A stretch of DNA of 64,000 nucleotides from Candidatus Moraniibacteriota bacterium (GCA_027031495.1 JALVQA010000014.1:849-64848); one strand, 5' to 3'. Counted from the first letter of the stretch, positions 18,990-29,672 are shown. A program made the numbers and translations. The notes: a model not told the origin generated them from the sequence alone.

Positions 18990-19838
18990 TTAGCTTTTAT
19001 GTCGGTGTGTTCGTGTAATGATTCGTGTGCAGGTGAGTGTGTGGTCATTGCGTAAAAGGTGAGAAAAGTTTTTGCTTACAGTACCATTAAAAACAATAAT
19101 GGTTGGTTTGTGTTGTGTAGCACGTAGTGATGCAAAAGCGCGCACTTTGCCGGCCATGCCGCCGGTAACATCAGTGGTGTGTGCTTTGCCGATTGTCATG
19201 CGTGTCGCTGTCTCAGAAATATCTGTAAGTGAAATTTCTGTAAGAAGACGTGCTTTTGTTGGATTGGTATGTGGGTTGTCTGTATAGATGCCATCAACAT
19301 CACTTGCGTATGCAATAATGTGTGTTGGTATAGTACGTGCATAGTGTGTACAGAGGGTGTCACCGGAAAGAACAGAGTGACGCCAGCGTGTATCCGGTAC
19401 AATTGCGCCGGAAAGAAGGGGAATTGCGTTGTGCGCAAGTGCGCGATGCACAGGCATGTCATCAATTGTCGTAAATACACCGGCCATATTTGTGCATACA
19501 TCTTGCGTGCGTATAACTTCTACGGGGAGAGTATTGCGCGCAAATGCATGTGCAATTATGTCTTGAAGAGTGTGAATATTTTTTTGAATTTCCATGCACG
19601 CACGTTCCTTTATATCGTTGCCGTGAGAGCCCTTTGTAAGCATATGCTTTTTTGCAAGTGCATGACCGGCACTGCCGGCACCATGAATGACGATGAGGTG
19701 GTGTATCTGTGGATTAAATGCACATGCAATATTTTGGGCAATTGCATTAATATGGCGCTTACGTGGCATGAAATTGCTGGCGCTTTTATCAGTAATAACA
19801 CTCCCGCCAAACTTGATGATAAAGAGTTTTTTACTCAT
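18990..19838 (-). CDS. Amino-acid-kinase-family protein, most similar in motif pattern to isopentenyl phosphate kinase.
   Basis: N-terminal IIKFGGSVITDK and VIHGAGSAGH match the IPK/FomA-type motifs KxGGSxxTDK and HGGGSFGH. 282 aa. Overlaps the tsaD stop by 4 nt. Confidence 0.6.
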   Translation of the reverse strand: MSKKLFIIKFGGSVITDKSASNFMPRKRHINAIAQNIACAFNPQIHHLIVIHGAGSAGHALAKKHMLTKGSHGNDIKERACMEIQKNIHTLQDIIAHAFARNTLPVEVIRTQDVCTNMAGVFTTIDDMPVHRALAHNAIPLLSGAIVPDTRWRHSVLSGDTLCTHYARTIPTHIIAYASDVDGIYTDNPHTNPTKARLLTEISLTDISETATRMTIGKAHTTDVTGGMAGKVRAFASLRATQHKPTIIVFNGTVSKNFSHLLRNDHTLTCTRIITRTHRHKS

Positions 19839-20938
19839 TGCAGTGATGTCATTGAAAGTATCGCACTGGCATCCAGTGTGCGGTATGTTTGTGTAAGTGC
19901 TGTATGTGCATCATCTGACATATGCTCATAGCGCAATGCCGCCGCCGCCGCAATCATCGCAGCATTATCAAGGCAATAAGTAAAATCGGGAATAATGTAT
20001 GCTGCATGTGGAATATTTTTTTTGATACTCTCTGCAAGACGCGTACGAAGGCGTGTGTTTGCACTAACGCCACCGGCGAGCGTGATGGTTTTAGTGTTGT
20101 ACTCTTGTGCAGCACGAATAGTTTTTTTGACCAGAACCTCTGTAACAGCTTCCTGAAAAGCGTAACTCATTGCATCAACGAAGTCCTGCGGAAGTGGTGT
20201 ATCCGGTGCGAGCGCGTGATGCGTACAGAAGTCTTTGATGCTGTAGAGGACGGCAGTTTTGATACCGGAGAACGAAAAGTTATAATCCTTGCTATGAAGC
20301 ATTGGACGCGGTAGGTCTGGTGCGACGTCTGCTGTGTTGGTGGGATACTTTGTGCTGTGACGCCGCGCCGCTGTGGCAATTGCCGGACCACCGGGATAGG
20401 GGAGACCGAGCATGCGCGCAACTTTGTCAAACGCCTCGCCGACGGCATCATCAAGGGTTTGCCCGATAATGTTGTACTGAAAGTGGTTATGCATGAGTAC
20501 AAGTTGCGTGTGTCCACCACTCACGACAAGTGCAAGGAGAGGAAATGCGGAGCGCGTGTGTGTTGTAAGCATGTGTGCGTAAATGTGGCCTTCAATGTGA
20601 TGGATGCCGATGAGGGGTTTGTGCCACACCCAACTCAGTGTCTTTGCGGCGCTTACGCCGACGATGAGTGCGGGAATGAGACCGGGTCCATGCGTGACAG
20701 CAATAAGGTCAATAGCGTCGGGTGTCATTGCTGCGGTCGTCATTGCTTCGCGCAGTACCGGAACAATGTTTTTCTCATGCTCACGTGCGGCAAGGTTAGG
20801 TACGACACCGCCGTATTGTGCATGTAGCGCAACTTGCGACGACACAACATTGCTCCGCACGTCAAACGTGCCATTGGCATAATACACCACCGCAGCAGCT
20901 GTTTCATCACAACTTGTCTCGATTGCAAGAATATTCAT
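19835..20938 (-). CDS. tsaD: tRNA N6-adenosine threonylcarbamoyltransferase.
   Basis: MNILAIETSCDETAAAVV N-terminus and the GIHHIEGHIYA metal-binding HxxxH motif. 367 aa. Confidence 0.92.
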   Translation of the reverse strand: MNILAIETSCDETAAAVVYYANGTFDVRSNVVSSQVALHAQYGGVVPNLAAREHEKNIVPVLREAMTTAAMTPDAIDLIAVTHGPGLIPALIVGVSAAKTLSWVWHKPLIGIHHIEGHIYAHMLTTHTRSAFPLLALVVSGGHTQLVLMHNHFQYNIIGQTLDDAVGEAFDKVARMLGLPYPGGPAIATAARRHSTKYPTNTADVAPDLPRPMLHSKDYNFSFSGIKTAVLYSIKDFCTHHALAPDTPLPQDFVDAMSYAFQEAVTEVLVKKTIRAAQEYNTKTITLAGGVSANTRLRTRLAESIKKNIPHAAYIIPDFTYCLDNAAMIAAAAALRYEHMSDDAHTALTQTYRTLDASAILSMTSLQ

Positions 20939-21130
20939 ACCTTCAGTATGGAATATGGCGTGTAAAAAAGCAAGATTGTTAATAGTGCGCGCTAATCATT
21001 TGCAGTTTGGTCATATACTGTTCAAACTTTTTTAAGAACATACATTTTGGTAGTTGATTCAAAGCAAATATTTGCACGTTCTGTACAAATATTGTTTAAT
21101 AACAATATGTAATACATATCATATCCCCCC

Positions 21131-24100
21131 ATGAGCGAACCCCACTTCCCACAACCACCATCACACACCGATCGTCCGCCACACCTCCTCGGTTCTGACG
21201 GAAAGCCACTTGATAATGCCGATGATGTGCACCTCATTCTACCGGAGAATGTGCGTGATCATGATCACGTACACCTTGTTAACCGTACAGGCACACCTCT
21301 GCGTGAGCAAGGAATTGTTACGACAACAGCGCAACAACAAGAACGTGACGCACTTGTACAGTTGCTGGAAAGTGGCACTGTCCCAGAAGATGTGGCACAG
21401 CGTATTGCGCAGGGCAAGATGACGCTCTCTGCGGCACGGAAAGCACAGGAAGTGTTACGCGAAAGGATTGATGCTATCGAAAGTAATCCTGGACATATTC
21501 CGCGTGAACGTCTCTTTACTGATCAAATGGAGGACATGTTTAGAAGTATTCTCTCTTCTCTTGACAAAGGAAGTGAAGAGTTTAAAGCAATACAATTCTT
21601 TCTTGAAAAATTTTCCGCTGTAACACATGAAACTGTTGATGCACATAAAGATCGTGAGGAGAGCCTCAAAGATCTTGCTACCGCACTTAAGCCGTTTTAT
21701 CTTCCGCAAAATGTTGCTGATCGCCTTGTACGTTTTTTGTTTGATCATACAGATCCCGCCAAAGACGACCGCGCTGCACTGCGCCCATCACTGCGTCAGC
21801 GTGAGATGCTGCATCGCATGCTCTATCATCTTCACACATACCTGCAATGGTATGATTTTACACAATGGAAAGATGCAATGGTGCGCAACTTTTTCTTACC
21901 GGATCCGGCACTGCGAACACGCTACGGTCACTTGCTTTTGACAAAATATGCTGATGCTCTTACGGATGGTGATCGTGAGCGCATGATGCGCTTTCTCGCG
22001 CAACAAGGCGAGTGTGCAACAGATATTGCACAACGTTTACTCACTGCATATCCGCAGGTGCGAGAAACACTCGGCGATACAACAGAAAACCTCACAGACT
22101 ACTACACAAAGCAACCTCTTCCTGCTGACGTTGATAGCATTACGTTACGCCGTGAAATCAAACGCGCACGTAACGAAGCAGATCCCTACAGAGAGATACC
22201 AACCAAAGTTGGTATTGAGTTAGAGTTTAAGATGGCGGGAGAAGATCAAATACAATCAGATGAATTGCGTAATGTATTGCGCAAGTATGAGGATATCCTC
22301 TACGTAAACAGAGGACTCCTCTGGCAAGACCAAGACGTCGCGGAAATCGCCATCGGTGGAGAACATGGTCTCCCGCTTACACGCGAGCTATTGCAAAAGA
22401 TCCGTGCACTGACAGCAGAGATTGAACAACTACCGGCATTTGTCTCATGGGCAACCAACCATATCCATGTTGATGCGCGTAAAGGTGTTACATACAACAA
22501 CAGTCTTTTCGCTTTCAATAACTACGACGAAGATGACAAGGGCTTTGAGACAAAGAACGTGCCCTATGCCTACAATCCTGATGCGCCATATATTTTTGAT
22601 ACACAAACTATCTCTGACCAAATGATTGTCCTGGGACGATTGTATGGGAAAACCATAAATACACTGTCACCAGAGATGTGCACACAGTTCTTTGGTGACC
22701 TTGCTCGCTACGGTAGTGAGCAAGAAGCAACGTTGCGCGCACTCCTTGTAGCTTCCAAGGACGATCCTGCCGTTGTGCCGGCCCTCCTGCGCCTTGCAGA
22801 GAGAAAGAAGTTGCCGCTTCTAAACCTTGCAGCGCTTGCTGAGCGTGTGGATGCTGTTCAGAGTTCCATAACGCTTATGCGATTGATTGCGAGAATGGGT
22901 GATTGGGATGGACAGAAAGCTATTTTTGACAAAATACCTAAAGCAGAACGTACGCATATTGTGGGAGCGTTTCTCAGTGATGAGAGCATCCCGCTTCACG
23001 AACGTCTCATTGTCCACGTCCTTGCCTTTCCAAACAAACCCCTACCCGGTGATCCGGTTGATGTTATGCGAGCAATTGCAGAAATTGATAATTATGAAAT
23101 ACAGGAGACACTTGCTGAAAATATTAATTCACTGCCGGGAACAGTAGATGTTATCCGCGCGATTGCAGAAATAGATGATTATAACTTGCAACTGGACCTC
23201 ATTGACAAAATTACCTCACTGCCGGGAACGGTGGAGATTGTCCGCGCGATTGCAGAGGTGGATGATTATAACGCACGATACATACTCATTGACAAAATTA
23301 CCTCACTGCCGGGAACGGTAGATGTTATCCGCGCGATTGCAGAAATAGATGATTATAGCTTGCAACTGAACCTCATTGACAAAATTACCTCACTGCCGGG
23401 AACGGTGGAGATTGTCCGCGCGATTGCAGAGGTGGATAGTTACGAACTACAAGAAATCCTCGCCCAAAATGTTGAGCCACTACCGGGAACAGTTGCCATT
23501 ATGGCGGCAATTGCAGAAATATATGATTATGAAGCACAAGAGATTCTCGTATCAAAAATACCAGAAACTGAACGCGAAGAAGCTGCGGCAATGTTTTTCA
23601 ACGACACACAATACCCGCTTGTTGAGCGTCTCATCATTCACATGCTCGTATTCCCAGAAGAACAGCTCTCTGGTAATCCAGTAGAAATCATAAGCATAAT
23701 TGCTGACGAAGAAGTTGATTCAGAATTAGGAGAAAGCATTGCTCAAAAAGTTGACACACTACCGGGAACGGTGGAAGTTGTGCGAATGATTGCAAAGATA
23801 AATAACGAATCCATACAAAGAATCCTTATCACGAAAATAGAGAATTTGCATGGAACAGCAGAAATTATACAAGCACTTGCCGATATAACATACTGGCAAT
23901 CTACAGAGCTACTTGTGGAGAAAATTCACTCAGTATCTGGCACTGCAGACACTCTGCGAGCAATTGCACAAATAAGTAGCATTCTGCAAGAAATACTTGT
24001 TGATAAAATTGCCACATTATCTCCTACAACTGAAACTATCAGCAGCATTACATACCTCTCATACTCCGCACAGAAAATTATTTTTGATAAGATAGCATCG

Positions 24101-24373
24101 CAAGAATTTATTGCCGCTGCAAAAGAATTTGTTGACAATGATAACAACCCACTCTATGAACGTCTTGTCGTACAACACTTTGTTTTTCCTGAAAGAACAA
24201 TTGAGGGAACAAAAGAAAACATACAGGCACTCATGGAAGTAGACAACTATTTCATACGACATAATCTCGCTGAAAAAATTACAAAGACACATGATCTGCA
24301 AGAAATTGTCCGTGAAAGTGAATCCTCGCTTGACGCCACTACGCGTTTAATTCTCAAAAACAGAATACATTGA
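21131..24373 (+). CDS. Large hypothetical protein (1080 aa). Pro-rich N-terminus, ~600-aa non-repetitive region, then about 10 tandem ~40-aa alpha-helical repeats (consensus ..ITSLPGTVDVIRAIAEIDDY.LQ..LIDK).
   Basis: Continuous ORF. Repeat units are obvious in both the protein and the DNA. Confidence 0.8.
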   Translation: MSEPHFPQPPSHTDRPPHLLGSDGKPLDNADDVHLILPENVRDHDHVHLVNRTGTPLREQGIVTTTAQQQERDALVQLLESGTVPEDVAQRIAQGKMTLSAARKAQEVLRERIDAIESNPGHIPRERLFTDQMEDMFRSILSSLDKGSEEFKAIQFFLEKFSAVTHETVDAHKDREESLKDLATALKPFYLPQNVADRLVRFLFDHTDPAKDDRAALRPSLRQREMLHRMLYHLHTYLQWYDFTQWKDAMVRNFFLPDPALRTRYGHLLLTKYADALTDGDRERMMRFLAQQGECATDIAQRLLTAYPQVRETLGDTTENLTDYYTKQPLPADVDSITLRREIKRARNEADPYREIPTKVGIELEFKMAGEDQIQSDELRNVLRKYEDILYVNRGLLWQDQDVAEIAIGGEHGLPLTRELLQKIRALTAEIEQLPAFVSWATNHIHVDARKGVTYNNSLFAFNNYDEDDKGFETKNVPYAYNPDAPYIFDTQTISDQMIVLGRLYGKTINTLSPEMCTQFFGDLARYGSEQEATLRALLVASKDDPAVVPALLRLAERKKLPLLNLAALAERVDAVQSSITLMRLIARMGDWDGQKAIFDKIPKAERTHIVGAFLSDESIPLHERLIVHVLAFPNKPLPGDPVDVMRAIAEIDNYEIQETLAENINSLPGTVDVIRAIAEIDDYNLQLDLIDKITSLPGTVEIVRAIAEVDDYNARYILIDKITSLPGTVDVIRAIAEIDDYSLQLNLIDKITSLPGTVEIVRAIAEVDSYELQEILAQNVEPLPGTVAIMAAIAEIYDYEAQEILVSKIPETEREEAAAMFFNDTQYPLVERLIIHMLVFPEEQLSGNPVEIISIIADEEVDSELGESIAQKVDTLPGTVEVVRMIAKINNESIQRILITKIENLHGTAEIIQALADITYWQSTELLVEKIHSVSGTADTLRAIAQISSILQEILVDKIATLSPTTETISSITYLSYSAQKIIFDKIASQEFIAAAKEFVDNDNNPLYERLVVQHFVFPERTIEGTKENIQALMEVDNYFIRHNLAEKITKTHDLQEIVRESESSLDATTRLILKNRIH
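23053..23560 (+). repeat. Near-identical ~120-nt tandem DNA repeats (4+ copies) inside the 1080-aa gene. Degenerate copies continue to ~24060.
   Basis: Blocks 'tcactgccgggaacggt(a/g)ga(t/g)(g/a)tt(a/g)tccgcgcgattgcagaa(a/g)t(a/g)gatgattat...' recur with 120-nt period. Confidence 0.85.
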
Positions 24374-24499
24374 TAACTGCACGACGGATGAGATCTGGAA
24401 TTAAAAAACATTTGTTAGAACGATAACACACATTATACAAAGACTATTTTTTGGATATATATTTACCTTTACTGCACACATCACGTAATATGCTATATT

Positions 24500-25582
24500 T
24501 TAGTGACAATCCTTATGTGCTTGCATTTGACTACCACGCAAGGCAAGACCAATTGTTGTCATCGCATCGAGTGCATCAGAACGCGACAATGGCGGCAGTG
24601 TATTTTCTGCATAACATGCTCCACGCCACGGATTAACTTCATAGACAGGTAAGCCAATCTCTTCTACAAAGAATGATCGCAATCCTTTTATTGTTGCGCC
24701 TCTACCACCGAAAAGCATAGCCACTTTTTGCTTATATCGTGGGTGTGTATGGAAGAAGAATTTAATACTCTTGCGTATTTCACCAGAGAGTGTATATAGC
24801 TCTGGCATGATCGCTTCAAAGAGAGGATCCTTAATGATATAAGATCCTATACCATCTGCATCTATTACTCGCTGCGCTTCGTGCACACTTATACCAAGAC
24901 TGCGCACAATACCTGTAATAAATGATTGATAGCCAATTGGAATCGTAACAGCGAAAAGAGGAATGCCTTGCGTGACAAAAAATATACGCGTATTTGTGGC
25001 ATCACAGATAACAACAAAGTTGGCACTATTTACATCATGACCAAAGAGCGCACGCACATCGGCAATAACTTCTGGCTCAGCATCATGTACATGCAATCCG
25101 GCACGTTCCACTGCAGTTGTATAACCATCAACAATTTTTTTTGCAGACAGCGCCACAACAATATTACTTGCACCATGAGTAACACACTTTTTACTACCAA
25201 TATAACGCCAGTCATAATATACATCTGCTAACACCAGTGGCGTGCATTTCCCTATTTTTTGTTTCACAACAGCGTCTATGCGCTCCTGTGATGCATATGG
25301 AAGCGTCATATCGCACATCAATACCTTCGTTGTTGGTATTGCATACACCGCATGCGCACCGCGCGCAATCCTGCGTGGCAAAGCGCTACTACATGCTTGG
25401 TAAATAAAAGTACCGAGGCGCTCTACGTCATTTATTACACCATTGGAAACAATGCCTTGTGGAAGCGGTGTATTTCCACTTGCATGAACAACAACTCCCT
25501 TCTTTGTGTGCACAAATTGCATAACACGCACACAATTATCACGAATCAAAACACCGACAAGACTTTTCTTTTTTCTTAGCAT
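24500..25582 (-). CDS. pilM: Type IV pilus assembly protein PilM (actin-like ATPase fold).
   Basis: 360-aa product with a PilM-like N-terminal region (SLVGVLIRDNCVRVMQFVHTKKGVVVHASGNTPLPQGIVSNGVINDVERLG) and actin/FtsA-like fold pattern. ATG at 25582 chosen. The ORF-track start at 25732 would overlap gyrA. Confidence 0.7.
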   Translation of the reverse strand: MLRKKKSLVGVLIRDNCVRVMQFVHTKKGVVVHASGNTPLPQGIVSNGVINDVERLGTFIYQACSSALPRRIARGAHAVYAIPTTKVLMCDMTLPYASQERIDAVVKQKIGKCTPLVLADVYYDWRYIGSKKCVTHGASNIVVALSAKKIVDGYTTAVERAGLHVHDAEPEVIADVRALFGHDVNSANFVVICDATNTRIFFVTQGIPLFAVTIPIGYQSFITGIVRSLGISVHEAQRVIDADGIGSYIIKDPLFEAIMPELYTLSGEIRKSIKFFFHTHPRYKQKVAMLFGGRGATIKGLRSFFVEEIGLPVYEVNPWRGACYAENTLPPLSRSDALDAMTTIGLALRGSQMQAHKDCH

Positions 25583-25712
25583 TACGCTGTTTTTTTGTTT
25601 TACCTTTTTGTACAACTCTGTAAGTATTGTACCACATATATCATACACACTTTTTGCATTAAAAATCACCATTCGGTGGATGGTGATTTTTATCACACTT
25701 TTTTGATAGATT

Positions 25713-28175
25713 TTAGAGAATCGTCGCTGCACTTACGCGATCGCCACTCTTTGGTTTCATGAGACGTACACCTTGTGTCGCACGGCCAAGTACAGGAATG
25801 GATCCGAGAGAAATGCGAATAATTTGACCATGTTGTGACGTTACAATTAAATCACTCACTTCATCATCAGCGCGCACAACTTCAGCATGAACAATCTTTC
25901 CCGTTTTATTTGTCACAGCGGCTGCTTTGACACCACTGCCACCGCGACCTTGCACTTTAAATGCCGTAACATTTGTGCGCTTTCCAAAGCCGTTTTCTGT
26001 TATTACAAGGAGTGCTGCCTCCTCTACATCTTTTGTACTAATTGTGTCAGTGCCAACAACAACATCACCTTTTGACAACCTTATGCCACGAACACCGGCA
26101 GCCGCACGCCCCATTGCGCGTACATTATCCTCATGGAAACGGATCGCCTGCCCTTTTGCAGTCGTGATCATTACATCATCCTCTCCTGTTGTTGGACGCA
26201 CCCAGCCAAGTGCATCCCCTTTAGCAAGTTTAATGGCAATCAGCCCCGTACGACGCACATTTGCAAAATCTTCAATTGCTACACGCTTTACAGTACCGTT
26301 TTGCGTTACCATCACAAAGAACTTGTACTGATCATCGGCGTTAAATGCAATCATCGCTGTTACTTTTTCGCTTTGTGAAAGCTCAAGAAAATTGACGACA
26401 GCATTACCTTTCGTTGTACGTGCCGACTCTGGTATTTCATGCGCTTGCATTTGAAAAACTTTACCACTTGACGTAAAGAAGAGGAGATTGTCATGTGTCA
26501 TAACACTTGCAACCGTTGCAATCTTATCACCCTCTTTTGTCGTTGCACCAATCACACCCTTGCCACCGCGTCGTTGTGCACGATATTGTGATGGTGATAC
26601 ACGCTTGATATAACCATCAGCACTAATCGTAATAATCGCTTCTTCATTTGGAATAAGGTCCTCTAACGAGAAATTATCTATACCACCATCAATCACACGT
26701 GTTTTTCGCGCATCACCATACTTGTCGCGTATCTCAATCAACTCATCTTTAATGAGGCCGAGAAGCTTTTTACGACTTTTAAGAATTGACTCAAGATATG
26801 CAATAAGTCTCTTTTTTTCTTTAAGCTCATCTTCAATTTTTTTGCGCTCAAGCCCAGCAAGGGTTTGCAAGCGCATTTCAAGAATTGCGGTCGCTTGACG
26901 ATCGGAAAACTTGAACTTCTTGCGCAAGTTTTTATGCGCCGTCTCACGTGTACGTGACTGCTTAATTACTTTGATAACCTCATCAATATGATCAAGCGCC
27001 TTTACAAGTCCTTCAAGGATATGTGCGCGATCTTTCGCCTTTTGTAGGTCAAACTTTGTGCGTCGTGTCACAACCTCTTCACGATGCGCAATGTAATACA
27101 TTAAAATCTCACGCAATGTCAGAATACGTGGCTCTATACCATCAACAAGGGCCAGCATGTTGGCGTTAAAATTTTTCTGCAGATCTGTTGTCTTGTAAAG
27201 TGTGTTGAGAACCTTTTGTGGCTGTGCCTCTTTTTTGAGATCTATAGCGATGCGCACACCGTCTTTATCGGATTCATCGCGCAGATTTTTAATGCCGGTA
27301 ATCTTACCCTCCTTTACGAGATGTGCAATCTTCTCAATCAATGCCGCTTTATTCGTTTGATATGTTACTTCCGAGATAATAATTTGGAATGCGCCAGCAC
27401 GTGTCTCAATGATTTCCGCTGCAGCACGCATTGTTACCTTTCCTTGCCCTGTTGCGTACATCTCGCGAATATCGTTCTTATTGTAAATCACACCACCTGT
27501 CGGAAAATCAGGACCTTTAATAAATTGCATCAATGCATCAACATCTGCATGCGGATTATCAATTAAATGAAGAATTGCATCTACAACCTCATTAAGATTA
27601 TGCGGTGGAATATTTGTTGCCATACCAACAGCAATACCTACCGTGCCATTTAGTATAAGTTGAGGCAATTTCGATGGTAAGACAACCGGCTCTGTATTTG
27701 AGCCATCAAACGTTGGCTTAAAATCAACGGTATCTTTTTCAATATCAACAAGCATCTCTTCAGCAATCGGCTGTAGACGCGCCTCCGTATAGCGGTATGC
27801 AGCAGGACCATCGCCATCCATGGAGCCAAAATTTCCTTGTCCCCACACCAAAGGATAGCGCAATGACCACTCCTGCGCCATGCGCACCATTGAGTCATAA
27901 ACAGCGCTATCACCATGCGGGTGATATTTTCCAAGAACTTCGCCAACCACTGTTGCACTTTTACGAAACTTTGCCGTTGATTTCAATCCTGTCTTCCACA
28001 TGGAGTACAAAATACGCCGATGAACCGGTTTGAGTCCGTCACGTACATCCGGCAATGCACGTGACACGATCACACTCATTGCATAGTCAAGATACGATTG
28101 CTTAAGTTCTTCTGTGATACGACGCGGAATCAACGTTCCCTCCGCAATTTCTTCTGTCTGCTTTTTCATACTCAT
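25713..28175 (-). CDS. gyrA: DNA gyrase subunit A.
   Basis: [39 protein letters not shown]-terminal signature with active-site Tyr region, plus a C-terminal beta-pinwheel repeat region. ATG at 28175 has a GGTGA Shine-Dalgarno. The ORF track extends to a GTG at 28184. Confidence 0.95.
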   Translation of the reverse strand: MSMKKQTEEIAEGTLIPRRITEELKQSYLDYAMSVIVSRALPDVRDGLKPVHRRILYSMWKTGLKSTAKFRKSATVVGEVLGKYHPHGDSAVYDSMVRMAQEWSLRYPLVWGQGNFGSMDGDGPAAYRYTEARLQPIAEEMLVDIEKDTVDFKPTFDGSNTEPVVLPSKLPQLILNGTVGIAVGMATNIPPHNLNEVVDAILHLIDNPHADVDALMQFIKGPDFPTGGVIYNKNDIREMYATGQGKVTMRAAAEIIETRAGAFQIIISEVTYQTNKAALIEKIAHLVKEGKITGIKNLRDESDKDGVRIAIDLKKEAQPQKVLNTLYKTTDLQKNFNANMLALVDGIEPRILTLREILMYYIAHREEVVTRRTKFDLQKAKDRAHILEGLVKALDHIDEVIKVIKQSRTRETAHKNLRKKFKFSDRQATAILEMRLQTLAGLERKKIEDELKEKKRLIAYLESILKSRKKLLGLIKDELIEIRDKYGDARKTRVIDGGIDNFSLEDLIPNEEAIITISADGYIKRVSPSQYRAQRRGGKGVIGATTKEGDKIATVASVMTHDNLLFFTSSGKVFQMQAHEIPESARTTKGNAVVNFLELSQSEKVTAMIAFNADDQYKFFVMVTQNGTVKRVAIEDFANVRRTGLIAIKLAKGDALGWVRPTTGEDDVMITTAKGQAIRFHEDNVRAMGRAAAGVRGIRLSKGDVVVGTDTISTKDVEEAALLVITENGFGKRTNVTAFKVQGRGGSGVKAAAVTNKTGKIVHAEVVRADDEVSDLIVTSQHGQIIRISLGSIPVLGRATQGVRLMKPKSGDRVSAATIL

Positions 28176-28204
28176 AAATATCACCTTTTTTCCTAGTTCA
28201 TCCT

Positions 28205-28561
28205 CTACTCTTTTACTTTATCTTCACTAACATTGTAATCATCACTCTCTCCAACACCTTGCGCACTATTTTCCTGATCGCTATTAATCTCACCTACTTC
28301 TTCAACTTTATCAAGCGCATTATCGATCGCATCGCCAGAACTGTTGATTGCATCACGAATTTCTTGCATGTGTCCGCCATTATCTGGCAAAACCGACGCA
28401 TTACTCATATCACCAACAATCGCCTGTACATCAACACGAATGGAAAAAATCCATAGCGCAACAACAAATGTCATAATAATCGCAACAAATGCTACTATAT
28501 ACATCATGCGCACACGTTCCGACTTTCCCTGAATTTCTTTAATTTTGTCTTCAATAGCCAT
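28205..28561 (-). CDS. Small single-pass membrane protein with an acidic C-terminal tail.
   Basis: 118-aa ORF with one hydrophobic helix ([23 protein letters not shown]). Confidence 0.45.
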   Translation of the reverse strand: MAIEDKIKEIQGKSERVRMMYIVAFVAIIMTFVVALWIFSIRVDVQAIVGDMSNASVLPDNGGHMQEIRDAINSSGDAIDNALDKVEEVGEINSDQENSAQGVGESDDYNVSEDKVKE

Positions 28562-28601
28562 TATCGTATCTTTACTTTAATAAATTGTCACCAAATCCGT
28601 A

Positions 28602-29255
28602 TTACGGCGCCATCAACACAACTTTTGTTGCACCATCTTCACAATCTTTTCCCTTAATAACAACCTTTTGAACACGCTCCTTTGGACACGTGCCAATCTT
28701 TTCACAGAAAGCATTCACATTATCAAGATTTTTTGTTGCCTTATATTTAGGAAGAGCCGTATGCACAGGTATGGTATATGCTGGTTCAATCTTTCGCACA
28801 ATGTCAGCCGCCTGATCACCACTAAATACGTTGGCGCCGCCAGCATCAATAATAAGAATATGAGCATCACCTAACTCTTCAAAATGTTGTGCACTTAACG
28901 GTGTATCCACTGCAGATACGACGGCAACTTTAAGCCCCTCTGATTCAATCATATAAATTGTGGCCGGCACACTCATTGCGTTGGAGATTGCTTGCATGCC
29001 GATAATGCGCACACCATACATTGCATACTCTCCCGGCATTGTTACTTTTAGCGCTTGCGTGGTCTTTGCAACATCGGAATAATACACTGGCGTATCTGCC
29101 GATGCTATAATAATGCTAGCACTTGCCAATTGTGGTGGTACAAGATCACCTGTACGCGCGAAAGGATTAATGATAATTGTAACATCTTGCGCGCCACGAC
29201 CACCCGGTTTTGTTGTCAATTTCACACATGACAACCCATAATACTGAATATGCAT
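28602..29255 (-). CDS. Hypothetical protein, possibly a metal-dependent hydrolase-like fold, but no HxHxDH motif.
   Basis: 217-aa ORF. Function not assignable from sequence alone. Confidence 0.5.
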   Translation of the reverse strand: MHIQYYGLSCVKLTTKPGGRGAQDVTIIINPFARTGDLVPPQLASASIIIASADTPVYYSDVAKTTQALKVTMPGEYAMYGVRIIGMQAISNAMSVPATIYMIESEGLKVAVVSAVDTPLSAQHFEELGDAHILIIDAGGANVFSGDQAADIVRKIEPAYTIPVHTALPKYKATKNLDNVNAFCEKIGTCPKERVQKVVIKGKDCEDGATKVVLMAP

Positions 29256-29374
29256 AATCTCTATCTAGAAAATTTCTCACAAAGGAACCAAAACGCCCTA
29301 TTTGAGCGCTTTCTCCAGTTTCATTGTACCATGCGTAAAGCATACTGTCGAGTGAACCAAAATTACTCTTCAGA

Positions 29375-29400
29375 CAAAAAACCGACATGGAAGTCGGTTT
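29375..29400 (-). terminator. Rho-independent terminator downstream of tRNA-Ile on the minus strand.
   Basis: AACCGAC-TTCCAT-GTCGGTT hairpin followed by TTTTTG on the minus strand. Confidence 0.5.
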
Positions 29401-29404
29401 CTTC

Positions 29405-29481
29405 TGGTGGGTGTGCCAAGACTTGAACTTGGGACCTCTTCATTATCAGTGAAGTGCTCTAACCGGCTGAGCTACACACCC
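29405..29481 (-). tRNA. tRNA-Ile (anticodon GAT), with CCA encoded.
   Basis: Manual fold: GGGTGTG acceptor, GCTC/GAGC D-stem, anticodon loop CTGATAA, T-arm CCAAG-TTCAAGT-CTTGG, 3' ACCA. Confidence 0.9.
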
Positions 29482-29490
29482 TTTTTATTG

Positions 29491-29563
29491 TGGACCAGAC
29501 AGGACTCGAACCTGCCACCTCCTCAGTGCAAATGAGGTGCTCTACCAGATGAGCTACTGGCCC
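29491..29563 (-). tRNA. tRNA-Ala (anticodon TGC).
   Basis: Manual fold: GGGCCAG acceptor containing the G3:U70 pair, anticodon loop TTTGCAC, T-arm GCAGG-TTCGAGT-CCTGT. No encoded CCA. Confidence 0.9.
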
Positions 29564-29672
29564 CTGTTATACGGCATGCGTATAACTAACGTCTATGATA
29601 AACGTACCATGAAAAAATGTCAACTCCCTTTCTACTTTTTCATTTGCGGTTTTTCCAAACTTTTTAAAAAAT

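Noticed and set aside
19269-19931. 220-aa + strand ORF antisense to the IPK-like/tsaD junction.
   Set aside because: Overlaps two well-supported minus-strand genes. Cys-rich, random-looking translation.
23053-24060. Considered whether the 120-nt tandem repeats could be a CRISPR array.
   Set aside because: The repeats are in-frame coding repeats with 120-nt period and no short unique spacers. They lie inside a continuous ORF. Not CRISPR.
28602-29255. Considered annotating as a metallo-beta-lactamase-fold hydrolase.
   Set aside because: The diagnostic HxHxDH motif is absent. Left as hypothetical.
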